From a virus (taxonomy: Duplodnaviria > Caudoviricetes), in IMG/VR virus record IMGVR_UViG_2791355118_000001, positions 11,865-75,864 of that record: 64,000 nt of DNA; one strand, 5' to 3'. The position numbers and the translations under genes are program-made. The notes under the pieces were generated by a model. It was not told the DNA's origin. It worked only from the letters and a program-made list of their open reading frames with translations, and did not search any database. Shown here in pieces: positions 37,540-48,737 of this stretch. Each line of letters begins with the position of its first letter. Positions within the stretch are counted from its first letter, which is position 1.

Positions 37540-39498
37540 ATGACGACCATTCCGGCCTCGCAGCTTGTGAACGTCATCCCGAACGTTCTCAACGCCGGCG
37601 GCAAGGCGCTCGTGATGAACGGCCTCGTGCTGACCCAAAACACCCGCGTCCCGATTGGGCAGGTGCTGTCGTTCCCGAACGACGGCAAGTCGGTCTCGAA
37701 CTTCTTCGGCGCATCGGCCGAGGAGACCGAGATCGCGGCCGTCTATTTCAACGGCTTCAACAACTCGACGCAGAAGCCCGCGACCATCCTCTTCACGCAG
37801 TATCCCTCGGCGGCGGTCGCGGCCTATCTGAGGGGCGGCAAGGCCAATCAGCTTTCGCTGGCGCAGCTCCAGGCTTTGAGCGGCACGCTCTCGGTTGATG
37901 TCGACGGCTATGTGCGCACCGCGAACGCGATCGACCTTTCGAGCGCGAACAGCTTCTCGGCCGCCGCGGCGCTGATCCAGACCGACCTGAATGCCAGCTT
38001 GCCGCAAGCCGCATCCGTGACTGGCGCAATCGCCGCCACGACGGCCTCGGTGACTGCGTCCATCGCCGGCAGCGTCATGTACGTGACCGGCGTCACGTCG
38101 GGCGTGCTGGTCGCTGGCGCTGCGCTTTCCGGCTCTGGCGTCTCGGCCGGAACGCAGATCACGACCCAGCTGTCGGGCACGCCGGGCGGCATTGGCGAGT
38201 ATGCGGTGTCGATCGAGCAGGTGGTGCCGAGCGGGGCGATCACGGCGACCTATGGTACGCTCACGGTCAGCGCCGTCGCGTCCGGCACCCTGGCAGTCGG
38301 CCAGACGCTGGCCGGGGTCGGCGTGACAGCCGGCACGCACATCACGCAGCTTGGCACCGGCGAGGGCCTGGCCGGCACATACTTCGTCGACCAGACACAG
38401 ACTGTGGCGAGCGAGACCATCACGGCCGCGCCCACGCCGCTGGAGGTCTCCTACGACTCGGTCGCCGGCCGCTTCGTCATCACCTCTGGCGTTGCCGGCG
38501 CGGCCTCTTCCGCTGCCTTCGCCACCGGTTCGGTTTCGGACGGTCTCTTCCTGACGCAGGCTACCGGCGCGACCCTCTCCCAGGGCGCCGATGGAACGAC
38601 GCCTGCCGCTTTCATGGCCGGGATCACCCAGATCACCCAGAATTGGGCGACCTTCATGACGATCTTCGATCCCGATGGCGGTTCGGGCAACGCGCAGAAG
38701 CTGGCTTTCGCCGAATGGGTCAACAACACCAACAAGCGCTTCGCCTATATCGCATGGGACACGGACATCACGCCGACCGAGGGCAACGATGCGACGTCCA
38801 GCTTCGGCAACATCCTCAAGAGCGCCAATCTCGACGGCACCTGCGCGATCTACCAGCCTGCCGGTGGCATGACGACGCCCGAGCAGATCGCCGCCTTCAT
38901 CTGCGGCGCGGCGGCCTCGATCGACTTTCAGCAGACCAACGGCCGCATCACCTTCGCATTCCGAGGGCAGGATGGGCTGGTGGCTGGCGTCACCACGGCG
39001 ACGGTCGCGAGCAACCTGATCGCCAACGGCTATAACTTCTATGGCGCCTACGCGACGGCCGCGCAGCAGTTCCTGGAGTTCCAGAACGGCACGGTGTCGG
39101 GCGAGTTCGAATGGCTGGACAGCTACATCAACCAGATTTGGCTGAACAACCAGCTCCAGCTTGCCCTCATGGAGCTGCTCCAGAACATCAACTCGGTACC
39201 GTACAACGCGGCCGGCTTTGAGCTGATCAAGGCGGCGTGCCTCGACCCGATCAACCAGGCGCTCAACTTCGGCGCCATCCGCGCCGGCGTGACGCTGTCG
39301 GCGCTCCAGATCGCGCAGATCAACTCGGCGGCTGGCCTCAAGGCGAGCGACACCCTCCAGCTGCAAGGCTGGTATCTCCAGGTGAAGGATGCCACCCCGC
39401 AGGTGCGCCAGGCCCGCCAGAGCCCGCCGATCAACTTCTGGTACATGGATGGCGAGTCCGTCCAGGTGATCGAGCTCACCTCGACCCTCGTCCAGTAA
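37540..39498 (+). CDS. Tail sheath protein, DUF3383 family
   Basis: [12 protein letters not shown]...QNWATF...[11 protein letters not shown]...PYNAAG...QGWYLQ...WYMDG. Confidence 0.88.
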   Translation: MTTIPASQLVNVIPNVLNAGGKALVMNGLVLTQNTRVPIGQVLSFPNDGKSVSNFFGASAEETEIAAVYFNGFNNSTQKPATILFTQYPSAAVAAYLRGGKANQLSLAQLQALSGTLSVDVDGYVRTANAIDLSSANSFSAAAALIQTDLNASLPQAASVTGAIAATTASVTASIAGSVMYVTGVTSGVLVAGAALSGSGVSAGTQITTQLSGTPGGIGEYAVSIEQVVPSGAITATYGTLTVSAVASGTLAVGQTLAGVGVTAGTHITQLGTGEGLAGTYFVDQTQTVASETITAAPTPLEVSYDSVAGRFVITSGVAGAASSAAFATGSVSDGLFLTQATGATLSQGADGTTPAAFMAGITQITQNWATFMTIFDPDGGSGNAQKLAFAEWVNNTNKRFAYIAWDTDITPTEGNDATSSFGNILKSANLDGTCAIYQPAGGMTTPEQIAAFICGAAASIDFQQTNGRITFAFRGQDGLVAGVTTATVASNLIANGYNFYGAYATAAQQFLEFQNGTVSGEFEWLDSYINQIWLNNQLQLALMELLQNINSVPYNAAGFELIKAACLDPINQALNFGAIRAGVTLSALQIAQINSAAGLKASDTLQLQGWYLQVKDATPQVRQARQSPPINFWYMDGESVQVIELTSTLVQ

Positions 39499-39533
39499 GC
39501 GGCAACCCCATTCCCCTTCAAGGAGCTTAGATC

Positions 39534-39965
39534 ATGTCGTCTCTGACGGCCGCGAACGCGGTCATTACGCTTGCGGTGGCGAACCTCTTCCCGACACCGG
39601 TCCAACTGCAAGGCTTCGCGGCCGACAACATCTACGACCTGGATAGCGTCGACCAGGTCGAGACCGCCATGGGCGTCGATGGCATCCTGTCGGGTGGCTT
39701 CGTCTACAACCCGATCAACCAGACGTTCGTGTTGCAGGCCGATTCCCCGTCGATCGCCTTCTTCGAGACCTGGGCCGCGACGCAGATCCAGGCGAAGGAC
39801 GTCTATACCGCGAACGGCAGCACGACCCTGCCGTCGGTAGGCCGCTCCTACATCTCGACCAAGGGCTTTCTGGTCAGCCTGCCGCCGATGCCAGCAGCCG
39901 CCAAGATCCTGCAGCCGCGCCGTTTCGCGATCCGCTGGCAGAGTGTTCAAAGCGGACCGAACTGA
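39534..39965 (+). CDS. Tail tube protein
   Basis: Follows sheath; LQGFAAD...MGVDG.LSGG...LQADSPS. Confidence 0.8.
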   Translation: MSSLTAANAVITLAVANLFPTPVQLQGFAADNIYDLDSVDQVETAMGVDGILSGGFVYNPINQTFVLQADSPSIAFFETWAATQIQAKDVYTANGSTTLPSVGRSYISTKGFLVSLPPMPAAAKILQPRRFAIRWQSVQSGPN

Positions 39966-39974
39966 GGGTAAGTC

Positions 39975-40487
39975 ATGGCGCGTAAAGAGATCGACGTCAC
40001 GATCCCCGATGAGGGTCGTGATCAGGGCAAGACCTTTCACATCCGGGAGATGCCGGCGACGCGCGCGGAGAAATGGGCGATGCGCGCTCTGCTCGCCGTG
40101 GCGCGCTCCGGCGTCGAACTCCCCGACGACTTCGCCGGCATGGGCATGCAGGGCATCGCCATCGTGGGCATCCGGGCGATCACCAAGATCGATTTCGAGG
40201 ATGCCGAGCCGCTGCTCGACGAGATGATGGAATGCGTCACCATCAAGCCCGATCCCCGCAACCCGGCCATCCAGCGCCCGCTTATCGAGGGTGACGTCGA
40301 GGAGATCGCGACGCTGATTCAGCTCCGGCAGGAGGTCTTCAACCTTCACGTCAGTTTTTTTACAGCCGGCGGCCAGTCGAAATCGATCTCGACACAGTCG
40401 CCGGCGTCCGCCTCCTCGAATACGGCAACGTCTCCCGAGCCATCGGTCAGGTTCTCTCAAAGGGCAAAACCTCGCTCCGCGAGCTAG
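39975..40487 (+). CDS. Tail assembly chaperone (gpG-like); -1 frameshift product extends to 40597
   Basis: GRDQGKTFHIREMPA motif; slippery T TTT TTT at 40355-40361. Confidence 0.8.
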   Translation: MARKEIDVTIPDEGRDQGKTFHIREMPATRAEKWAMRALLAVARSGVELPDDFAGMGMQGIAIVGIRAITKIDFEDAEPLLDEMMECVTIKPDPRNPAIQRPLIEGDVEEIATLIQLRQEVFNLHVSFFTAGGQSKSISTQSPASASSNTATSPEPSVRFSQRAKPRSAS

Positions 40488-40580
40488 ACGAGTGGTTGTC
40501 GATCGAGGACGTCCACGACCTTCTCGAGGTGGCGATGGTCGACGCCCACAACCTGATGCTGCTGAAAAAGAGGGGCGCCA

Positions 40581-42701
40581 ATGGGCACGATCATTGATGA
40601 ACTGATCGTCCGCCTGAATCTCGATCCAAAGAATTTTGAAGATGGCCGGAAGAAACAGACCGAGGCCTGGCTAAAGTCGCGCGATGAATTCCGCAAGGGC
40701 GGGAAGGAGATCGAGGACAGCTCGAAGAAGGCGGCCGAGACCGTCAACCTGATCACGCGGCGCGTGCTCGAACTCTTCGCCGTCATCACCGGCAGCCAGG
40801 CGCTCAGCGACTTTGTTCGCAAGCTCACCAATGCGGATGCCTCGCTGGGCCGCTTCGCGTCGAGCCTTGGGGAATCGCCCCAGCGCATCGCGGCCTGGGA
40901 GAATGCGGCCGAACGCTTCGGCGGCTCGGCCGACGCCACCGCGTCGACCCTGGAGCGCGTCAACAAGCAGCTCTACAACCTCAACAAGAACGGTGAGGCG
41001 CTGCCGCGCGAATTCTCGCAATTGCAGGCCTGGACCGGCATGCGGATCGACCCCAACCATGGGCTCGATCGCTATCTGTCCGATGTCGCGGCGGCTTTGC
41101 AGAGGTTGCACCAGATCGACGCCGGTGCGGCTCACAATGTCGCGCAGGCGCTGGGGATAGACCCGGCGACCGAACAGCTCATGTACAAGATGGGCGCCGG
41201 CATCGACGTCTATCTGGGGAAACTGGAGAAGAGCCTTTCGCCCAGCAATGAGGCGATCAAGGCGGCGCAAAAGCTCCAGGCTAGCTGGAACGAATTGCTC
41301 CAGCACATCATCGCACTCGCCAACGCCATCTATGACAAGCTCGGCCCGGTCTTGGTCGACGCGGCCGACAGGATGACGACCTGGATCGAAAAGAACCAGG
41401 ACTGGATCCGGACCGGCATTGTCGACGCGGTGAAGAAATTCATCGACTGGCTCGAAAGGATCGACTGGAACGCCGTCGAGACGGGCATGCAGAATTTCGC
41501 GCACGGCGCGAAAGAGGTGGTCGACGGGGTCGGCGGCATTGTCCATGCCACCGAGATCCTGTTCGGCCTGTGGCTCGGCGCAAAGTTTCTCCGGGTTCTT
41601 GCCAATATGCGCATGCTCGCGGCGGGAGGAGCAGGTGGCGGTGTCGCCGCAGGCGGTGCTCGCGCGGGCCTGGGGTTCCTCGGCACGATTTCGACGGGCG
41701 TTGGAATGCTTCTTGCCGGCGCGGCCGCGATCAAATGGGGCGGGTCGCACCTGCGCTCCGATCCTCACGCTGCCGATCACGGCACGATCGGCAATTGGCT
41801 CATGGCGCATCTGCGCAGAGGGCCTGGAAGCCATCCCGGTAAGGATGCCGACGACAAGATCGCCGTCGACGGCAAGCCGATCTCGAGGAGCAATCCGGTT
41901 CCGGTCACGATGGCCGAGCAAAGCAACTCTGGCGGCGGCTTCTGGAGCAACCTCCTCAGTGGCATCGGCGCTGCGTTCGGCGGCGGCAGCGCATCGTCCA
42001 AGGCCGGCGGCCTTGTCGGCGGCATGGTGGGCGGCACCGGTTCTACTGGCCCCCAGCACGCCTCTGGTGGCACCCGGGGCTGGTGGACGCCCGAACGGCA
42101 ATCGCAGGCTTACCAGACCCTCACGGGCGGCGGCCTATCAGATGCCGGCGCGCGCGGCCTCATCTCGCGCTGGATGAATGTCGAGGCGGCCGGCGGTCCC
42201 TCGACCGTCAACGGCATCGGCGCGTCTGGTGTGGCGCAATGGCTGGGCTCGCGAAAGGCGCGCCTCATGGCCTTCGCGAAGGCGCGCGGCAAAGACTGGA
42301 ACGATGCCGACACGCAGTATCAGTTCGCTCTGTCCGAACTGAACGGCCCCGATAGCCGGGCCGGCAGCATGCTGCGCAATGCCAAGACCGACGCGCAGGG
42401 CGCTACCGGTGCATCGATGTTCGAGCGCGCCGAGGGCTACAATGCCTGGAACGGCATGGACAACTACACCGGCCGAACCTATCGGGGCATGAAGGCGATC
42501 AACACCGGCGCCGCGTCGGCAGCGCTGTCGAACATCTCCAGCACGCACACGGCCACGACGTCGACCAGCTCGGTCGAGGCCCATATCGGCAAGGTCGAGG
42601 TTCACAGCCAGGCCACCGATGCCAACGGCGTTGCGGCCGACATCAATGACGCGCTCAGCCGGCGTCTCTTCACCGCGCAGGCAAATAGTGGATTGGCGTG
42701 A
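40581..42701 (+). CDS. Tape measure protein with C-terminal lysozyme-like domain
   Basis: MGTIIDELIVRL; long helical region; GASGVAQWLGSRK...FERAEG muralytic motif. Confidence 0.85.
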   Translation: MGTIIDELIVRLNLDPKNFEDGRKKQTEAWLKSRDEFRKGGKEIEDSSKKAAETVNLITRRVLELFAVITGSQALSDFVRKLTNADASLGRFASSLGESPQRIAAWENAAERFGGSADATASTLERVNKQLYNLNKNGEALPREFSQLQAWTGMRIDPNHGLDRYLSDVAAALQRLHQIDAGAAHNVAQALGIDPATEQLMYKMGAGIDVYLGKLEKSLSPSNEAIKAAQKLQASWNELLQHIIALANAIYDKLGPVLVDAADRMTTWIEKNQDWIRTGIVDAVKKFIDWLERIDWNAVETGMQNFAHGAKEVVDGVGGIVHATEILFGLWLGAKFLRVLANMRMLAAGGAGGGVAAGGARAGLGFLGTISTGVGMLLAGAAAIKWGGSHLRSDPHAADHGTIGNWLMAHLRRGPGSHPGKDADDKIAVDGKPISRSNPVPVTMAEQSNSGGGFWSNLLSGIGAAFGGGSASSKAGGLVGGMVGGTGSTGPQHASGGTRGWWTPERQSQAYQTLTGGGLSDAGARGLISRWMNVEAAGGPSTVNGIGASGVAQWLGSRKARLMAFAKARGKDWNDADTQYQFALSELNGPDSRAGSMLRNAKTDAQGATGASMFERAEGYNAWNGMDNYTGRTYRGMKAINTGAASAALSNISSTHTATTSTSSVEAHIGKVEVHSQATDANGVAADINDALSRRLFTAQANSGLA

Positions 42702-43276
42702 TGGCCGGCATTCTTGAACTTCTGACCCAGGATGCCTTCGGGTTGCTGTCGAACGCGTTCGGCCTGCAACCCTGGGGCATCTACTTCGGCGGTGTGCCGG
42801 TGATCATCGCCGATAACATCGTGGAGGTGCAGTATCGCCAGCAATGGTCGATCTCTGACTTCCCGGTCGAGCAGGGGGCCTTTCAGAGCTACGACAAGGT
42901 CCAGGTACCCTACGATGCTCGGCTCCGCTTCACCGCCGGCGGATCGGCCGCAAACCGCGCCGCGATGCTGGCGTCGATCGCGGCCGTCGCCGGCGACACC
43001 AACCTCTATGACGTGGTGACGCCGGAGGCGGTCTACCTCTCCTGCAACATCACCCACTACGACTATAGCCGGCGCTCGAATGAGGGGATGGGGCTTCTGT
43101 CGGTCGATATCTGGCTGATCGAAGTGCGCCAGGCCGTCAGTGCCGCCATGTCGAACACCCAGGATCCGAGCGGCGCTTCTCAGATTAACGGCGGCACTGT
43201 CCAGACCGCGCCGGCGAGCAGCGCGCAGCTCGCGCAATTCCAGACATCGTCTGGGCTGCCGGCCGGAGGCTTCTGA
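42698..43276 (+). CDS. Baseplate/tail tube initiator protein
   Basis: ISDFPVEQGAFQSYDKV...YDVVTPE. Confidence 0.75.
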   Translation: MMAGILELLTQDAFGLLSNAFGLQPWGIYFGGVPVIIADNIVEVQYRQQWSISDFPVEQGAFQSYDKVQVPYDARLRFTAGGSAANRAAMLASIAAVAGDTNLYDVVTPEAVYLSCNITHYDYSRRSNEGMGLLSVDIWLIEVRQAVSAAMSNTQDPSGASQINGGTVQTAPASSAQLAQFQTSSGLPAGGF

Positions 43277-43584
43277 TGGTCATCATCCCACTGCAGGCGG
43301 TGCCAAACCAGGCGGTCGGCGTGACGCTGGACGGTCAGGTCTCGCAGATCAGCCTCTACCAGAAGAACCCCGGCCTGTTCATCGACCTCTATGTCGACAA
43401 CGTGCTCGTGATAGGCGGCGTGATCTGCCAGAACCTCAACCGGATCGTCCGGTCGCTTTACCTTGGCTTCTCTGGCGATCTCATCTTCATCGACAACCAG
43501 GGCGACACCGACCCGTACTATACCGGGCTGGGCACGCGCTACAGCCTCGCCTATGTGTCGGCGAGCGAGCTTCCGGCGCGCTAG
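43276..43584 (+). CDS. Small baseplate protein
   Basis: IPLQAVPNQ...GDLIFID.QG..DP.Y.GLGTRY. Confidence 0.75.
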   Translation: MVIIPLQAVPNQAVGVTLDGQVSQISLYQKNPGLFIDLYVDNVLVIGGVICQNLNRIVRSLYLGFSGDLIFIDNQGDTDPYYTGLGTRYSLAYVSASELPAR

Positions 43585-43776
43585 GAAATCAGTGGATTTT
43601 AATCAAATGAGGTATCGAGGTGTGGATGCTAATTTAGGCTCGCCCTCAGCCGGCTCTGTCCCCTACACCGAGAGCCGGTCAGGCCCGGCAGTTCGACCGA
43701 ACGCACCCCAACGCGGAACTGTCGGGCCGCTGCTTCTAGCCCACGCCCGCTCCGATCGGCGAAATGATCTGTGGGC

Positions 43777-44244
43777 CTAGCACCCTTCCGCCCTTAAAGA
43801 CCGGACCATGCGAACTATAACCGGATCGTAGGGCACTTTTTCGTCACGGCTGTAGTTGATCGTAAACAGCGCCGCGCGGTCGGCGCATACTTGGATGGCG
43901 CGAACATACCTGATCTGACCGTCTTTGATCCCCGAATAGCTGGCCCAATTCGGCGTCAGGCGTTTATACGTCAATTTCCAACCGTCTTTTTCGTCCTGCC
44001 CCATGCGATGCTCGATCTCGGCTTCGAAACTGGCTTTGCCCAGCCGAGCACCCCACACGGCTAGGAACGCGTGCCTTTCGCCTTCAAAAGCTGCGCCCTG
44101 ATCCGAACGCTGAGCCAGCGCGAACCCGGGTGGCACATCAAAGATGAAACCAAATTCCTTGACCCCGAAATGCTGCCACGGCTTTGCCTGGACCAAGGCA
44201 GTGGAGCACAGAATGCAAACGCAGGCCAAAATCGTACGACGCAT
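43777..44244 (-). CDS. Secreted hypothetical protein (moron)
   Basis: Signal peptide MRRTILACVCILCSTALVQA; opposite strand; GGAAC-N16-AGTT upstream at 44323-44347. Confidence 0.7.
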   Translation of the reverse strand: MRRTILACVCILCSTALVQAKPWQHFGVKEFGFIFDVPPGFALAQRSDQGAAFEGERHAFLAVWGARLGKASFEAEIEHRMGQDEKDGWKLTYKRLTPNWASYSGIKDGQIRYVRAIQVCADRAALFTINYSRDEKVPYDPVIVRMVRSLRAEGC

Positions 44245-44377
44245 TAGCGTTACTCGTTCAAGGTGCCCGGACTTGCGCTCCACGCCTCCCGACAAAGCGT
44301 GAGCGAATCCATGCCCCCATCCAACTTGTTGGCGGAGCGAACGTTCCATTAGCTCAGGCGATGGCGGTCGGCCTCAA

Positions 44378-44644
44378 CTAATCAGCTCGGCAGCGTTGGA
44401 ACCGGTCGCCGGCAAAGCAAGTGTAGAGTTGCTTCAGCTGCGCCGCCACCGCCTCTCGCTGATCGCACGCCTTGATCGTGTCGGGATCATCGCCCGAGCC
44501 GCCGCGGCACTGCTCATTGAGGTCGAGATAGGTCTTTTCGAGCGCGGCCTTGTTCGGCTTCGCCAGCGCCGGCGCGACGGTGAAAAGCAGGAGGGCGGCG
44601 CTCGCGGCGGCAAGGACTTTCGGCATGGGCGTAACTTTCTTCAT
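44378..44644 (-). CDS. Small secreted Cys-containing protein (moron)
   Basis: Signal peptide ending in ALA; CRGGSGDDPDT..AC. Confidence 0.7.
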   Translation of the reverse strand: MKKVTPMPKVLAAASAALLLFTVAPALAKPNKAALEKTYLDLNEQCRGGSGDDPDTIKACDQREAVAAQLKQLYTCFAGDRFQRCRAD

Positions 44645-44661
44645 GTGAGGCGGTGATCGAG

Positions 44662-45525
44662 ATGGCGTTTAGCCAGAAGCGAATTTCCGTCGAGTTCGAG
44701 CTGGCAAACGGTCAGTTTGAAGGCGGCGGCAACACCGCGGAGGTATTCGGGCTGCGCGTCGCCTGCAACATCGTCAACGCCGGGCAAGGCTCGGGGCAAG
44801 CGGAAATTTCAATCTGGGGCCTGCCTCTGGCTCTGATGAACCAGCTATCCACCGTCGGTTCACAGTATCTCCAGATGTACAAGAACGGCATTTCGGTGCT
44901 CGCTGGAGACGACGAGACCGGCCAGAACGTCGTGTGGACTGGCACCATCGTTTACGCCTATGTCGACGCGCAGGCGATGCCCGACGTGTGCTTCCGGATC
45001 AGCTCGCTCCCGGGCGTCTTCCATGCCGCAAAGCCGATCCCGCCGCTCTCCATCAAGGGCTCCGGCGACGCCTCGCAGATGATGAAATCTCTCACGGGGC
45101 AGATGGGCCTGGCGTTCGAAGACGCCGGCGTCAAGGTGAAGTTCGCCAACCCCTACTATCCGGGCACCGCGTGGACGCAGATGCTGGCGATCGCGCGTGA
45201 CGGCGGCTTCGACGTCGGCATCGATCGCGGCACGATGGTCATCACGCCGCCCGGCAAGGCGCGAAACAGCGACACGGTGCTGATTTCGAAAGACACCGGC
45301 ATGGTCGGCTACCCGTTCTTCCAGCAGGCCTTCGTGCTGGTCCGCGCGCTCTACAATCCGGCCGTGAAGTACCAGGGCAAGGTGCAAATCCAGAGCGACC
45401 TGACGCCGGCCAATGGCACATGGAAGGTCAACCGTCTTGAGTATCAGTTGGAGGCAATGATGCCCCACGGAAAGTGGTTCATGCTCCTCGAATGCATCGC
45501 CGTTGATGCCTCGGCGCCGGCATGA
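44662..45525 (+). CDS. Baseplate hub protein
   Basis: ISIWGL...LAGDD...ISKDTGMVGYP...ANGTW. Confidence 0.8.
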   Translation: MAFSQKRISVEFELANGQFEGGGNTAEVFGLRVACNIVNAGQGSGQAEISIWGLPLALMNQLSTVGSQYLQMYKNGISVLAGDDETGQNVVWTGTIVYAYVDAQAMPDVCFRISSLPGVFHAAKPIPPLSIKGSGDASQMMKSLTGQMGLAFEDAGVKVKFANPYYPGTAWTQMLAIARDGGFDVGIDRGTMVITPPGKARNSDTVLISKDTGMVGYPFFQQAFVLVRALYNPAVKYQGKVQIQSDLTPANGTWKVNRLEYQLEAMMPHGKWFMLLECIAVDASAPA

Positions 45526-46184
45526 GCGGCCAAGGCTATTTCGGTCAGCAGACCACGTCTGACGACACCGCCGAGATCAACCGGCTGCGCTTCCTCATCC
45601 GCCAGGAGCTGGCGCAGGCACGCACGGGCATCCCGGTCAAGGTCGTCGCAGTGCATGGTGGCGGCGTCGGCGCGCCGCCCACGGTGGATGTGATGCCGCT
45701 GATCAATCAGACGGACGGGCAGGGCAACCAGACGCCGCATGGCATCATCTACGGCATCGCCACGATGCGGAATCAGGGCGGCACGAACGGCATCATCAAC
45801 GATCCCAAAGTCGGCGATATCGGCCACATGGCCATATCCGACCGCGACATCTCGGCGCTGAAAGCCAATGGCGGAGCCCAATCAAACCCGGGCAGCTTTC
45901 GCCGCGGCAACATGTCGGACGGCGTCTACATGGGCACCATCGTCAACCCGGCAAACCAGGACCAGGCCGTCCAGTTTACCGAGAGCGGCATCAAGCTCTT
46001 CGACAAGAACGGGCAGATCATTGAGTTTGCGGCCGGCTCCATCACCATCACCACCGCGCAGCTGCGCGTGACGGGCGACGTCATCGCGGGATCGGGCGGC
46101 GAGAACATCAGCCTCCTCAACCACCTCCACACCAACGTCCAGCCTGGCGGCGGGACGTCTGGCCCACCGGAGCCCGGAACATGA
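45522..46184 (+). CDS. Baseplate central spike (gpV/gp45-like)
   Basis: VDVMPL...DPKVGDIG...SDG; C-terminal ISLLNHLH metal-binding tip. Confidence 0.85.
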   Translation: MSGQGYFGQQTTSDDTAEINRLRFLIRQELAQARTGIPVKVVAVHGGGVGAPPTVDVMPLINQTDGQGNQTPHGIIYGIATMRNQGGTNGIINDPKVGDIGHMAISDRDISALKANGGAQSNPGSFRRGNMSDGVYMGTIVNPANQDQAVQFTESGIKLFDKNGQIIEFAAGSITITTAQLRVTGDVIAGSGGENISLLNHLHTNVQPGGGTSGPPEPGT

Positions 46185-46531
46185 AGACGCTCCTTCTCGA
46201 CACCGACACATGGGACCTGATGTCCGACGCGTCGGGCAACATCGCCGTCGCCGACGAGCCCTATGCGCTGGCGCAGGACGCCGCGAGCGCGATCAGGCTT
46301 TTCGCGGGCGAGCTCTACTACGACACCACACAGGGCATTCCCTTTTTCGACCAGATCCTGGGCAGGGCTCCGCCGGTCTCGCTCATGAAGCCGTACTTCA
46401 ACCGCGCCGCCCTAAGTGTGCCCGGCGTGGTCTCGGCGCAGACCTTCATCCAGTCCTGGACCGATCGGACTGTCACCGGCCAAGTGCAGGTGACGGACGG
46501 GGCCGGCAACACCACCGCAGCGAGCTTCTAG
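46181..46531 (+). CDS. Baseplate wedge/sheath initiator (gpW/gp46-like)
   Basis: LLLD...WDL...GNIA...LFAGELYYDTTQGIP. Confidence 0.8.
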   Translation: MKTLLLDTDTWDLMSDASGNIAVADEPYALAQDAASAIRLFAGELYYDTTQGIPFFDQILGRAPPVSLMKPYFNRAALSVPGVVSAQTFIQSWTDRTVTGQVQVTDGAGNTTAASF

Positions 46532-46534
46532 CAC

Positions 46535-47971
46535 ATGGTCGACACCACCAACGTTCCCCCGCCGCAGTGGACGGACAGGGGGTTCCTGATCCCGTCGGCC
46601 GCGGAGGTGCTGGCGGGCGTGACCGAGGACATCAACGGCGCGTTCGGCGGCGTCCTCAATCCCGCGCTGAACACGCCGCAGGGGCAGCTCGCCAGCAGCG
46701 AGACGGCGGTCATCGACGAGGTCAACTCGATGTTCCTCTATTTCACCAACCAGGTCGATCCCGCCTATGCGACCGGCCGGATGCAGGATGCGATCGCGCG
46801 CATCTACTTCATCGAGCGCAACCCGGCCCAGCCGACGGTCGTGCAGGCGCTTTGCAGTGGCTTGCCGGGCGTCGCCATCCCGACGGGCTCGTTGGCCCTT
46901 GCCGAAGATGGCAACCAGTATCTGTGCACCGAGGATGGCGTCATCGGCGTCGACGGCACTGTCACCTTGCCGTTCGAGTGCCTGGTGGTCGGGCCGATCC
47001 CATGCCCTGCCGGAAGCCTCGACCAGATTTTTCGAGCGATCCCCGGATGGGATTCGATCACGAACCCGGATGACGGCGTGCTGGGCAACAATGTCGAGAG
47101 CCGGTCGGCTTTCGAGGCCCGCCGTGCTGCCTCCGTCGCGTTGAATTCGCAGGGCTCGCTTCCGTCGGTCCTGGGCGCGGTGCTGGCGGTGCCGAACGTC
47201 ATCGACGCGTTCGTGACAGAGAACGCCAGCAATGACGTCCAGACCATTGGCGGCGTCTCGATCTATCCGAACTCGCTCTATGTCGCGGTGGTCGGCGGCG
47301 ACGCTGACGATGTCGCGCAAGCGATCTGGTCGCGCAAAGCGCCCGGCTGCGCATACAACGGCAATACGACGGTCACGGTCTACGACCAGAGCCCCGGCTA
47401 TGTCCCACCGTACCCTGCCTATCGGGTGAGCTTCGAGATCCCCGATCCCTTGGCGATCCTGTTCGCGGTCAACATCGTCAACACGCATCTCGTCCCCGCC
47501 GATGCCGCGACGCAAATCCAGAATGCCATCGTCAGCGCCTTTGCTGGCGGCGATGGTGGGCCGCGCGCGAAGATCGGCACCACGCTATTTGCGAGCCGTT
47601 TCTACGCGCCCGTGGCTGCCCTTGGCTTGTGGGCGCAGATCATCTCGATCGAGGTAGGCTCGAACAACAACCCCAGCGCCGTCTTCACGGGCCAGATCGC
47701 CGGAACGATACTGACGGTCTCCGCCGTTGCGTCGGGTGCGCCGGCGGTCGGGCAGATCATTTCCGACACCACCGGCGCGCTGACCGTCGGCACCACCATC
47801 ACCGCGCTCGGCACCGGCTCGGGCGGCACCGGTACCTATGTCGTCTCGAACAACAAGAACGTGTCAATCGAGACCATGACGGCCGCGATCCCCAATCGCT
47901 TCGACATCGCCGTCGACATCGACCAGGTGCCGACGATCTCCCCCAACGACATCTTCGTCACCCTGACCTGA
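46535..47971 (+). CDS. Baseplate J/gp47-family protein
   Basis: TPQGQLA...GRMQDAI...GWDSITN...[10 protein letters not shown]...IWSRKAPG. Confidence 0.88.
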   Translation: MVDTTNVPPPQWTDRGFLIPSAAEVLAGVTEDINGAFGGVLNPALNTPQGQLASSETAVIDEVNSMFLYFTNQVDPAYATGRMQDAIARIYFIERNPAQPTVVQALCSGLPGVAIPTGSLALAEDGNQYLCTEDGVIGVDGTVTLPFECLVVGPIPCPAGSLDQIFRAIPGWDSITNPDDGVLGNNVESRSAFEARRAASVALNSQGSLPSVLGAVLAVPNVIDAFVTENASNDVQTIGGVSIYPNSLYVAVVGGDADDVAQAIWSRKAPGCAYNGNTTVTVYDQSPGYVPPYPAYRVSFEIPDPLAILFAVNIVNTHLVPADAATQIQNAIVSAFAGGDGGPRAKIGTTLFASRFYAPVAALGLWAQIISIEVGSNNNPSAVFTGQIAGTILTVSAVASGAPAVGQIISDTTGALTVGTTITALGTGSGGTGTYVVSNNKNVSIETMTAAIPNRFDIAVDIDQVPTISPNDIFVTLT

Positions 47972-47977
47972 TCGATC

Positions 47978-48727
47978 ATGGAAGACACAGGACCTCCCTA
48001 TCCCAGGCCACCGGCCGGGATACCGAACGGCTTTGGCCAATTCGCCATTGGCATCAGCCCGATCGGCGATTTCCCGCCTTTCGACGTTTGGCGCACTGTC
48101 ATCAGCCAGTATGCGAATGCGCCCACGCTGACGCAGCTGATCGGGAACATCTTCTCGTATCTCGACCAGACGGCCAACTTCGATGCGTTCTTCGACTACA
48201 TCTGGAACGTCGACACGGCGCAGGGCTATGGGCTCGACGTCTGGGGCCGCATCGTCGGCGTCAGCCGGGTTTTGCAGGTCACGACCGGGGACTGGTTCGG
48301 CTTCGACGAGGCGAGGCCAGGAGCCGATCCGTTCGGGCAAGGCGCGTTCTATTCCGGCGCTCCGCTGACCTCGAATTTCGCGCTGTCGGACGAGGCATAC
48401 CGCCGGCTCATCTTCGCCAAGGCGGCAGCCAACATCACTAACGGCTCGATCCCCGCGATCAACCAGATCCTGCTCAGCCTCTTCCCTAATAGGGGCAACG
48501 CCTACGTTACCGAGGGCGGCAATTACGGAACATGGTTCGGCTTCGAGGAATCGCTGAACTCCGTCGGCTTCAACCAGGCATCGTTCTACGCGGGCTCGTC
48601 GATCGAGACGATGACGATGACCTACACCTTCGCATTCCAGCTGACTCCTGTCGAACTCGCGATCGTCCAGAACTCCGGCGTCTTGCCGAAGCCGACCGGC
48701 GTCAAGGCGTCGGTCGTCATCATCTAA
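47978..48727 (+). CDS. Baseplate wedge protein, DUF2612 family
   Basis: SQYANAP...DTAQGYGLDVWGRIVG...LSDEAYR...LPKPTGV. Confidence 0.88.
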   Translation: MEDTGPPYPRPPAGIPNGFGQFAIGISPIGDFPPFDVWRTVISQYANAPTLTQLIGNIFSYLDQTANFDAFFDYIWNVDTAQGYGLDVWGRIVGVSRVLQVTTGDWFGFDEARPGADPFGQGAFYSGAPLTSNFALSDEAYRRLIFAKAAANITNGSIPAINQILLSLFPNRGNAYVTEGGNYGTWFGFEESLNSVGFNQASFYAGSSIETMTMTYTFAFQLTPVELAIVQNSGVLPKPTGVKASVVII

Positions 48728-48737
48728 GGATCCTTCC

